From Antedon mediterranea (Eukaryota > Animalia > Echinodermata): a DNA stretch of 64,000 bases. The stretch lies in assembly GCF_964355755.1 (NCBI RefSeq), contig NC_092670.1:25034795-25098794 (forward strand), read 5' to 3'. Position 1 is the first letter of the stretch. Each line of letters starts with the position of its first letter. Below are positions 24,246 to 35,620 of this stretch, in pieces. The notes under the pieces are model-generated. The model had not been told where the DNA came from. It saw only the letters and a program-made list of their open reading frames with translations, and searched no databases. A program made the translations under genes and the position numbers.

Positions 24246-25752
24246 GCTGCTGCTCTAGCCCGCTATGTCACAAGAGATGACGAAATCAGATATAAAGCTG
24301 CAGCAAGTTTAGTACTGAGAGAGTGACATAAATGTGAAAATGGATCATCCACTATAATTTATAGGTCCAGCTGTTGCATCCAAAAAACGTCTGGGAAAAG
24401 AGTCTATGAGTGCTCACGGTTGAACAATTTTGGATTCTTGCCCTTTGATTGGTTGACGCCAATCAACAGATTGTGGAAGAATTTCCACTTGTGCCAACTT
24501 GAAGTAGTCACGTTGTCTCTAGAGGGTATTCAGTTGCATGCATAAAGTTCACCTGTACAAGATCAAGGTCATCAGCCAATTGAAGTTGAACAAAATAAGG
24601 AAATACCGCTTTCAGACTTTTTTTGTAGTTAATAGAAGAAAATAGAAATCAGCTGTAACACAGTCACTTGTTTCAAATGCACGATCATCTGTTAATGGAT
24701 ATAAATAACTAAGAGAAAAGAAACGTTTAATTATAACTCAAAAACCATTGTCTGACAGACAATTTAAGTATTTTTTGCTTTAAATTACATTTTTTCAGGT
24801 AAAATAACTATTATGTGACAATAAAATGACACATTCAAAAACAAATTTGAAATAAAAAATATTTTTCACAGGGACAATATATCTTTAAAACTGTTACGTC
24901 AATAAGCGAGCAGCGTTTTTTGTAAGAAATATTTCTTGTTTAAAAATAGATGTCGATTTAAGGACCCGTGGACATAGGTATAAATTAAAGTTCCATCGAG
25001 CAAAGTTAAACTTGAAAGAAATTCTTTTTCGTTTAGAGTTGTGCTTTTGTCTTTCTGACTATGTTGTTTTAGCTAGTTCTTTAAATTTGTTTAAAAATTA
25101 AACTAATTAGACTAAATGAGGTTTGGGTAAACCATCCATTAAAGTTCACACCGTTTGTAAAATATGACATGATAACCGCAAAGGGGCTTATAAGCAATAT
25201 GCTTCGCCTCAACGTCCCTCTATTTATACGACTATTAGTCTTCTTCTTTATTGTATCAAACAATCAATACAAAAGGTAGCCAATATATAGCCGGAGCTAA
25301 TCAAGCTTGGTATACTTTTAAAAAAATCTTAACTAACTTAAGCTACGAAATAAAAAAATAAATAACAGAATTCAAAGAAAAATAAAAAATTTGATAACGT
25401 CAAAAACAAACAAAAAATTTACAAACATAACATAACATAAAGTTCTGTATGTACTGTACTCTAATAAACAAAACCAAATCAGTTCAATAGATAATATCTG
25501 ATGGATTGAGCAAGAACGCTCCATGAAATTTAGCCTAAAATACTATTTTTCTGGATCTAATTCACCATCCTAGGACCTGTGCCACTGATAATCATTATTT
25601 GCATTGTTTATAGACCTAAGTAACCAATTTTTTTGGTTAATTTTGATACTTCCTTCATCGACTATTTTGAGTCAACAAATCGACGCTCAATCTGGAGTGC
25701 TAATTTTTGCCACCGAGTCGGCAGAGGTGCCGAATGGTTTGATTTGATACAG

Positions 25753-26144
25753 ATGTCCCCTCATGGCTTTGTGTATGTTTTGTTAACAAAAATGTCTGTC
25801 AACTTCAAGTCTGTGAGTATTGAGATTATAATTGTTGTGTTGCTACTATTTTCCACGACAGGTGCGAGGTGGAAGCAGGAAGTCGAAGCCAGCAGTTATT
25901 CTCACTCGCAATCTTGTGATGAACATGTTCTTTTACCAATATTGTTTGAACCAGTTAGCATTACAAATAGCCTAAACTGGGATAATTATGATTTTAAATC
26001 AATAATGGGCACACACGCTGAGTGCACAGATACTCAAACAATAATAGAAGCATACTACTATGGATTCTTGCCATATGTATTTGACCATTTGAATGTTTTG
26101 GAACCAAATATCATCACAAAATTCATCTTTCAGTATTTCCCCAT
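25753..26144 (+). mobile_element. N-terminal part of an older LINE-type ORF (hydrophobic signal-like segment), split by the L1 insertion
   Basis: Open frame containing IEIIIVVLLLFSTTGA. Removing the L1 joins it in frame (QYFP|IQLFTVKIFRKMLQK...YLACILL) to 33957-34260. Confidence 0.55.
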
Positions 26145-29100
26145 TTTTTTAGGGCGCTGCACGGAATGGAGTAAGACGTTGATTACAGGGCTCCTGCAAA
26201 TTTTTATTATAAAATACTGTTCATCGAGTGTCAGATACTTATTGTGCAAGTATTATTATATTGATTGGACCACAAAAAAAGTGAGTAATATGGAGGCACC
26301 AGGGGATGAAAGTAGGCCAGATAAAATAACATATCATTTAAGATCTATTCCTAAGCCAGGCGAAGCCAGTCATGACGATACCGGTAGCAATACCGCTAAT
26401 CCCGGCCCAGTAAAACCCAAGGGCGGCAAGGGAAAAAAGGGCGTTGTCTCCCTAGATGATATTGACTTAAAGTTAAACATTGTGCTCCAAAAACTAGAAG
26501 GCATGGATAAACGAATATCGTATACAGAGGCCCATATTTCCGAATTGCAAAAAATAACAAACGAACAAAAGAAAGAAATTGAAGAACTAAAACAATCGAT
26601 AGAAACAGCTGATTATGTATACACAAAAAAGCTAAACGCTATAGAAAACAAAAAGAAGAATGCACCTGACTTAAGCAAACTGGAAGGAAAAATAGAGGAT
26701 CTTGAAAACAGATCCAGAAGGAACAATATTGTCCTATATAATTACCAGAGGGACAAGAAAAAAAGAAGAATATGACGTGTGAGGAAATGATTGAAGACAT
26801 TTTAATAAAACATATGAAGTTAGACGGAGCAAAAGACATCGAAATCGAAAGAGCACATAGAACAGGTATAATTAAAGATAAACGGGTTAGACCTAGGCCT
26901 ATACACTGTAAACTATTACGGTATCGGGATAAAAAGTACATTATCTCAAATGCAGATAAAACATTAAAAGGCAATCTGTTGGCGGAAAACAAAATATTCA
27001 TATCGGACGACGTTTCTGCGAACACACGAGCAATACGCAAGGATTTAAGAGTGAAGTACTTAGACCAAATACGTGCAAAAGAGAACGTTAAATTCGCATA
27101 TATCCCAATGTCTTTACCACCATGCATCAGATATCAAGAAATGAACGGAACCTTTAAATCATTCTACCCATCATAGTACACTATGCAGGAACCAGAATCT
27201 GTGCACCCTCTTATTTGAGAAGAGTGAGGTATGGTTTTGTGTACATACCTCCGTTGTAGATTGCTGGTAGTGAAGAGAACATTACCGGAACTGTGTGTAT
27301 TTAATGTATATTATTTCATTTTGAAAATACTATGCTTTTATTTTAATTCCATACAATCTGTTATCACAATAGAAACTAATATTTGGTTAATGTACTTAAT
27401 TGTTTATTTAATGATACTGATATTCATGTACTGTTACCATCCACCACACAACCCACATGATTCTGCATGCGGTAGTTACGTGATCAAGCGAGGTAGCTGT
27501 AGTAATAACTATTACTACAATGACGTTTATTCATATGTAAATGAGGTTCCCGTTGAATGGTCAGTTCCCAAACAACCGCCTCTATGCAAATTTTCTCAAC
27601 TGCTAAGTGCGGTCTTTATAATATATTACAGCAACTACACTAAAATATTTAATTCATCAATGTCTACGTGTAAATTCTATTTAATATTGATAGTAGGCAT
27701 AAAGACATGCTCTAATATAATTATGTGTAGCTCAAATAACCATATGTCCTTCCATTGTTTTTGGAAATGCTATAATATTTTTTTTTTTTTTTTTTTTTTT
27801 TTTACTCTTCATAATATTATTCAGTAAAATAGAATGTCACCTAATTAGTAATGTTGATGGATAATCATTTAAATGTTATAACACTAAATGTACGGGGCAT
27901 AGGAGAGTTGAGGAAACGAAAAAGTATATTTAACTGGTGTAAGAATTCAAAATCAGATATATTACTACTTCAGGAGACACATAGCACAACGCAATCAGAA
28001 CATCGTTGGCAGCAAGAGTGGGGAGGGAAAATTATATTCTCACACGGAGAAACAAATAGTAGAGGCGTAGCTGTAGTCATTAAGAATGAGAGTAATATTA
28101 CAGTTAAGAATACTTATAGAGATGAAAACGGAAGGGTTCTAATTATTGAAATGATAAAAAATGATTGTCAATTTACAATAATAAATATCTATGCATCTAA
28201 CACTGAGCAAATGCAGATTAAATATTATGAGAACTTAAAAAATATAATCATTGAAAAACATAACAATGGGTGGGAAAATATTATACTTGGTGGAGATTTT
28301 AACTGTACATTAAATGAAGTAGATAAAAGGGGGGGGGGGGATCTACCAAACAAAAACAAAATGTAGTCGATAAAATTATAGAAATTATAGATGCCTTTGA
28401 GATATGCATCCATTGGAATGTAGGTATACATGGAGACAACGTAAACCCCTGGTACAATGCAGATTAGATTATTTTCTAATAAATAATAGTATGAAAGAAT
28501 TTACTATAAACAGTGATATCTTTCCGAGTTTACGAACCGATCATTCGGCGGTTTCAATTACAATCCAATTACAAAAAGAATCTAATAGAGGGCCAGGTCA
28601 CTGGAAATTCAATAACTCGCACTTAAATGATAGTAATTATATAAATGAAATGAACACGCATCTAAGGGAGTGGATTGAAAACAACGAAATATCAGACGAG
28701 CAAGTCAAATGGGAGTGGCTAAAATTTAAATGTAGGGAAAAAACGATTAATTATTCCAAAAAACAATGTAAAAAAAAAATCAATAAAATAGAAGAACTGA
28801 ATTTGAAAATGATCCAACTGGACATTAAAGTCGCAGAAGATCCAAGTGAAATTATTAGAATTAGAATTAGAGAGAGTTAAACTGGAGCTAGAGGAGCTGG
28901 ATGCACAGTTGATCAATGGCCTTATTGTAAGATCGAGGATTAAATGGGCAGAAGAAGGATAAAAAAGCAATAAATATTTCCTAGGTTTAGAAAAAAGGAA
29001 TAATAGAAAAAAACAATGTAAAAAAATAATAACAGATGCAGAGATAGAAATAACTAATCCACAAGATATATTAAATTTACAAAAAGATTATTACGAAAAA

Positions 29101-30234
29101 GTATACAAATCGAATACTCAAATAAATGAAAGTCTTACAGATAACAGTTTTTTCAATAGCGAAAGTATCTCAACTTTAACTGAAGAAAGTATTATAATCT
29201 GTGAAGGAGACCTGATAATTCGAGAATGTTACAATGCCCTAAAAAGCATACCACAAAATAAAAGCCCTGGTAATGACGGTTTATCAAACGAATGGTATTT
29301 AAAATTCTGGGATATTATAGGTCCAATAATGGTAAAAACACTTAATATAGGTTTAAATAGCGGAAAAATGAGTACCTCACAGAGACAGGCGGTAATAACT
29401 CTTATTGAAAAAGAAGGCAAAGACCGATGCAAATTAAAGAATTGGAGACCCATATCATTACTAAATGTGGACTACAAAATAGCATCGAAAGCACTATCCA
29501 CTAGATTGAGCCAGTTTATTCCTTCCCTTATCCACATTGATCAAACCGGTTTTGTAAAGGGCCGATACATTGGCGAGTCAGTACGAACTATTGAAGATAT
29601 TATGGAGTTTACCAAAATAAAAAATATTCCAGGAATTATGCTTTTTTTGGACTATGAAAAAGCATTCGATTCGCTTGAATGGGGTTTTTTGTTTCAGGTT
29701 TTAAAAAAAGTAAACCTCGGAGAAAAATTTATTCAATTCATAAAAGCATTATATACTGATATAAGTAGTTGCGTGATAAATAATTGGCAGTCATCAAGTT
29801 ATTTTCCAGTTGGAAGGGGTGTACGACAGGGTGACCCCCTCAGCCCTTACTTATTTATCCTATCAATAGAATTACTAGCATGTGCCATACGAGACGATAA
29901 AACTATTAAGGGGATTGCAGTAAATAATAGAGAAATTAAAATAACTCAATATGCAGACGACTCCACATGCTTTTTGAAAGATGAAGTGTCAGCAAAAAAT
30001 ATAATTAACTTAATAGAGAAATTTTCAAAAATATCGGGCTTGAAATTAAATATAAGCAAATCGCAGGCTATATATCTTGGTTCAAATAGGCGATGTAAAA
30101 ACAAACCAATACATATGCAATGGCCACAACAACCAGTAAAAGCATTAGGAGTTTACTTTTCTTATAATGAAAGACAACGGGAAAAATGTAATTTCGAAAC
30201 GAAAATTAAACAACTAAAAACAATATTAAACCAG

Positions 30235-30600
30235 ACAACATTCACGCATTCTTTATTTAGTTTTAACACATTTGTGACAGCTCTCCGGTCTTATGTCAGG
30301 CAACTTTAAACTTTTTATTTTTTTTTTATCTTTAAACAATCATTTTTATCTGTACATAATATTTATATATATATATTTTTTAGATTCAATTTTAATGATT
30401 GTTCAACTTGATGCCTCGCAATTTTAAATTTTTATATCTTTGTCTTTTTATGGTTTACTTATATGTTCAAGTGCAGTATATGGAGAGCCATCTCGATAGT
30501 GCTTTGCACTCATGGCAATCCTCAGGGTGCTGCACCGCTGTCTTGTTGTCATGTATTTTTGTGCCTGAAAATTGAATAAAATAAAAAAATAAAAAATAAA
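30235..30600 (+). mobile_element. LINE 3' end nested in L1 ORF2
   Basis: Closely matches the reverse complement of ~42705-43045 (SLFSFNTFVTALRSYVRQL* plus 3'UTR and A-rich tail). L1 ORF2 resumes as LTLAGKIILIKTF after 30600. Confidence 0.85.
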
Positions 30601-30924
30601 CTAACCTTAGCAGGAAAAATAATTTTAATTAAAACATTCGCAATATCCCAATTTATATATTTAGCCTTTGTCATACATTATACCGCCCCATGTAGTTAAA
30701 TCAATTGAAACAATTCTATTTAATTTCTTATGGAACGGTGGTAAAGGTATGATAAAAAGAACAACATTAATTGGGAATATTGAAGAAGGCGGCTTAAAAA
30801 TGGTAGATATCAAAAGTATGTTTAGCATTAAAGATAAAATGGATACAACGACATAACATAAATGTCAATGCAGCATGGATATCTCTACTACATAGGTTCC
30901 TAAATAAGCAAGGAGGCGACACTA

Positions 30925-31620
30925 TTTTTAGTCGCGTGGAAGCGACTCTATAGTTCACTATGTCGGTCGGTCGGTCTGTCTGTCTGTCTGTCGGTCTGTC
31001 TGTCTGTCTGTCGGTCCGGTATCACTATGCGTTTTATCGCTTTCTGATCTTATCTTGATATCAGTTTAATCTAGCTAGGTCAATTTTTCACAGTATATTC
31101 CTTATGGCCAGGAATCAATGTGGTTATGTTTTCACGGTGCGCAATAAAAAATTACGCGGTCTACGCACGATTTAACGAAATCACGTTTGTAATCATATCT
31201 TCACAACCATGAATCACAATTAAATAAAATTTGGTACTCATAAATTTCAGGGCATAAATCATCATATGGCAATACAATTACGTGCGTAGCGCATGTAACG
31301 CATGCGTACGCGTGCTTAAAATTTTCAACATTTATTTTCGATGAAATAAGAGTACATTTCAGGCAATTTTAAGCGTTTACAAAATTGCCATGAGTGCGCA
31401 TATTTTTGCGCGCGCACTGCGCGTTAAATGTTATTGCGCACTCTTTTTGCCCGATTTCTGTTTTCTTGACTTACTTTTCAACTCGAAATTACGTTATACG
31501 AGCACGTCGAAAGTGACAGGCTACGCACGTGTAAATAAAAAAAAATAAATGTTTTTAAACATTTCAACATTTTTAAACATGTTCAGTAATTTCGGTCAGT
31601 ATAGTTCACTATGTCGGTCG

Positions 31621-31651
<31 letters not shown>

Positions 31652-31718
31652 GGTCTGTCTGTCGGTACGGTATCACTATGCATTGTAGCACGCGACTTAA
31701 TGGCTGTTGGCCTTGTTT
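30925..31718 (+). mobile_element. Helentron-associated (DINE-1/HINE-like) element nested in L1 ORF2
   Basis: Subterminal inverted repeats agtcgcgtg/cacgcgact, (GTCT/GTCG)n microsatellites, a short 3' stem and insertion in a T-run. Removing it restores GDTIFYCN in ORF2. A partial copy is at ~47903-48035 (-). Confidence 0.8.
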
Positions 31719-33339
31719 ATTGTAATGTAAGCGCGGACTGTGTCCGTAGTTGGAAAAATATTCCATTGTTTTATAAGGATATGTTAAACGCTTATTTCGA
31801 ATTAATACATCCTGATACAGTAAACGAAGGGTCCCAATATATATGGTTTAATAGGCACATGCATATACATGGCAAGCCATTTTATTACAAGAGCCTCAGA
31901 GATGTTGGGATATGTTTAGTAAGCGACCTTTTTTATGAAAACGGTAATATCATTCCCTTAAATACGTGGATAAAGAGAGGCTTATCGACAAGTAATTTCA
32001 TGCACTGGAGAATGACGATATCTGCAATACCCCCACAGTGGAAATCAAACATGAAGCTAGGGTTTTTACGAACAAATTATAAAAAGAGAGGGTTTATAGT
32101 GGAAGTAAAGAATGAAGAGAAAGAATTAGAAAGTATGAGTACAAAAAATATATACAGAGCCTTAATTAAAAAAATCTTTAAAATACCAACATCTCAAAGT
32201 AAATTGCAGGATGAATTAGGTGTAGATAGCGATAAATGGGAAAATATCTATGTATTACCATTTAAATGTTCCCAGGAGGTAAGAACCAGAATATTTCAGT
32301 ATAAAATTAATGTGAATTTCTTGTCAACTAATAGTAGACTACATAAAATGAATATTGTACCGAGTAATATGTGTTCCTATTGTGAATCAAATATTGAAAC
32401 TATGACCCATCTTTTGGTTGAATGTAACATTGCAACCAAACTATGGGATGAATTCACAACTTGGTGGGAAAACATTTCAAAAACAAAGATTTACCTTGAT
32501 AAAACCTCTATATTATTTGGTTACAATACAGAAAATCCTGATATGTTATTAAATCTATGTATTTTGTTGATTAAGAAAATTATATTTAGTTACAAATTAA
32601 CTCACAAAAAGCCAGTCTTCCAGGTTTTCTTTAATCGGTTAAAATTTAATTATAACGTAGAGAAAAACATTGCTTCTAAAAGAAGTACATTGTATAATTT
32701 CAGACAAAATTGGAGATTAATAGAAGATTATATTTGATAACTTAACGATACTGTTTCTCGAGGAAATGACTTACTTTTGTGTAGTATTATTATTATTATT
32801 ACGCTTGCTCTTTATTATTGTATTAAATTAAAATGTAAACCAGAAATTATTATTTGCACTTGTTAGATATTTTTAATTATTTATTATAGGCATACTATTA
32901 GTTCCTTGGTTACAATACAGATAATTAAAAATATGTATTTTATTAATATATATGTATTATTTTAAAGAAACAAAAATGGTTATGTTGTTAAATGTATGTA
33001 TCTGATTTTAATTAACACAATTATATTATAGTTCCTTGGTAATAGTACAGATTAAGATATATTTGTGTGTATGTATGTGTATGTATATGAGTATTATTTA
33101 TTATTGCTATGTAAAGACAAAAAAAAATTAATATGTTAGTAAATGTATATCTCTGGCTAATTTAAATTAATACAATTATATTTAGTTAGATTAGTTACAT
33201 AATTGTGGAAAACACAGCATTTACCAAATTAATTAATTATTTACTTTAAAAAAAAATGGAATTAATAATTTATAGTTTTTAATATTGTTTAATCACTGTA
33301 AGTTACTTTATTTAAACGTTCATATCTTTTTGATACCTA

Positions 33340-33864
33340 TTACTTTAGATATTAAATTGTTTTATAACTCTGTAATTCTCAGTGTAATACTTTTTTGTAA
33401 TGTTTGTTTTTATGGTAATACAATGCAAAAAAATAAAATTAAACTTAATCGAATAGGAAATAGAGCAATTAGACTAGTAGGAGAGCACTTACCTGATGTT
33501 GAATCCTTGTATAAAGAAAATGTGTTAAAAAAAAGTAAAAAGTATCATTGATGATGAAACACATCCTCTTCACAAACAATTTGCTCTCATGAATTCTGGC
33601 ATAAGACTACGTGCACTTAATACCAAAACAAAACGGTTTAGGTGCTCGTTTGTACCTAATGCTATACACTTATATAACTCCAGAGTACAAAGGTAAAATG
33701 TAACCGATAATTTTTATCTAATTTTAACAATTTTTAGCCTCTTAACTTTTTGTGTGTTTTTTTGTAAATTGTATTTTATATTTTTGTATTTTGCCAGTTT
33801 TCAAATCACATTTCTGTTTTTTAAATGGACAATAAAGTATATATGACTATGACTATGACTGACT
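33340..33864 (+). mobile_element. Rex1/Babar-like LINE 3' fragment in the L1 3'UTR
   Basis: LFYNSVILSVILFC..CFYGN, then II DDETHPLH...SG.RLRAL.TKTKRFRCSFVPNAI, then AATAAA and a (GACTAT)n tail. Confidence 0.75.
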
Positions 33865-33956
33865 TTATATTTAAGTGATTTTGTGTTATGGTTGTATTTT
33901 TTGAAATGAATAAAAAAAAAATGAAAAAAAAAAAAAAAAAAAAAGTATTTCCCCAT

Positions 33957-34260
33957 CCAACTATTCACGGTAAAAATATTTCGCAAAATGTTACAAAAAT
34001 CCAAAAAACTGACATTTATTTATTTGGCTTGTATTCTACTATTATGCAGGCTGGATACTGTGAAATAAACCCTGGCCCAAATGCAAATGAGAGCAAAAAT
34101 TATTCAAGCTCAAGTTTTTCTTCCTTGTACTGCCAAAATCCTTGTACGAATGCCAAAGATGGACTCACACTAGCTACATGGGCATGAACACTGTTAATTA
34201 TGAAGTTCTTGCTAATTCAAACATTTCATGGACTTGTATACGTTCCTGTTCACTACCCCA
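33957..34260 (+). mobile_element. Continuation of the older LINE ORF: 2A-like motif and degenerate PHD finger
   Basis: MQAGYCEINPGP at 34044-34079, followed (frameshifted) by ECQRWTHTSYMGMNTVNYEVLANSNISWTC. Confidence 0.6.
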
Positions 34261-34932
34261 TCATCTACCTAGGTACTACTATTAGCTAGGCCTAGCACCT
34301 TAGCGGTGATCTACAACCACTTTGTCCATAACAATAGCTATAAAAAATACGCTTACTCTATCCAGTAGAGGCGAATGTATTCACCTCAGCATTTGTGGAA
34401 AGTAAACAACGTTCACAGATAGCAAAATATCGAATTTAATAACTTCTTTTTGTCAAAAGTTTTCAGAGATAACTTTACTAATCGTAGGATCTGACGTCAT
34501 GGATATACTTATGCAAATTAGTTTGTAGAAGGTTGTAGAGATTGAGGGCGGTGATTGGACTGTTGTAGAAATTTTCTACAGGTTGCTGCTTTGCAATCTC
34601 ATTGGACTGTTGTAGAAAATTCAGAATATGTGATTGGTTTGTTGTAGAACCGGTTAGTCCGTGGAAGCGAAACTGTCTGGGAATGCTGTATACGGAGCTG
34701 GAGTCCCGTTAGGCATTTGAAATCAGTACTGCTGACTCTTATGGCAGCCCCTGCATCTAGTATCTGCCTCAGACCTCTGGTCAAGGTGGGCACTGGACGA
34801 GAGAAGCCCTTGATCAATGTCAGGACCAATCAAGGTGCTTTAAACAGTCCTGGCTTTGTTTGTATCAAACCTGTTAGTGGCGGCAATTATCGCTGTTGGT
34901 TTCGATTGAATAAAATAAAAAAAATAAAAACA

Positions 34933-35040
34933 AACACGTGACAAAACATTAAAAGAAGGTATGGGGAACATTTCACAACACGTCATAGGTCTATTACCAG
35001 ATCTAATTCTGTCATGGAAGACTTTTCAGATTATGTGTAA
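34933..35040 (+). pseudogene. Duplicated fragment of the TSC2 last exon
   Basis: Matches 11900-12008 (…[12 protein letters not shown]) with substitutions and a 1-bp deletion. It has no splice acceptor and is followed by a copy of the 3' intergenic region. Confidence 0.9.
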
Positions 35041-35620
35041 ACACATCAACAATCTAACTTCGTTATTGCACATACTAAAAGAATGATACGGTGTAATAGT
35101 TTTTGGATTGGATAGAAGCATTGGTTCGGATCTGTCTGTGCCATATACCTTTACATTGATTGTATATTTGGGCAAGATTTAAAAAAAAAATGTAAAAATT
35201 GATGTGTGTTTTTATGGCTCTCTACAGGCCTAATTCAAATGTTCACACTTTCCTGTTAAAAAAGAAGAATTTAAAAAACATTCTTATTAAATTTATCTAT
35301 CAAGAAAAATGCTAATATTAAGCTGTGTTTCAAACAAAGTGATCTTAACATTTTCTGTAAAGAAATGTTAAAATGATAAAAAATCATGTAATCATGTTTA
35401 ATTCCTCCATGATGTAACAAACTGATGTGGTACTCCAAGAAAGAACAAGTTGATTAGAAACAATTAAAATGACTGTGATTTAATTATCCTCATTGTTTAC
35501 AAATTGTCTATCTGTTTACGCCAAACTACTTTCTAGTTCTATATACTACTGTAGTTTAAATGCATAAAAATATAACATTTTGAACACTTTAAAGCTAATA
35601 GTGTGCAAAAAGGGTTTCTG

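Larger units (their letters stand above)
26145..33943 (+). mobile_element. Full-length, inactivated L1/Tx1-clade retrotransposon
   Basis: 13-bp TSD agtatttccccat (26132-26144 and 33944-33956), AATAAA plus poly(A) at ~33909-33944. ORF1 26290-27176 has a coiled coil, DLENRSRRNNI and IEIERAHR, with one frameshift. ORF2 27851-32737 has APE (TLNVRG, LLQETH, GGDFN, RLDYF, TDH), RT (RQGDPLSPYLF, YADD) and CSYC...H...C, with frameshifts and a stop. Confidence 0.93.

Noticed and set aside
24265-24720. Possible decayed coding or TE fragment
   Set aside because: Composition differs from the flanks, but no reliable motif or boundaries could be established.
27231-27827. 198-aa ORF as a third L1 protein
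   Set aside because: Lies in the inter-ORF spacer, has low-complexity composition including a poly-T run, and shows no motifs.
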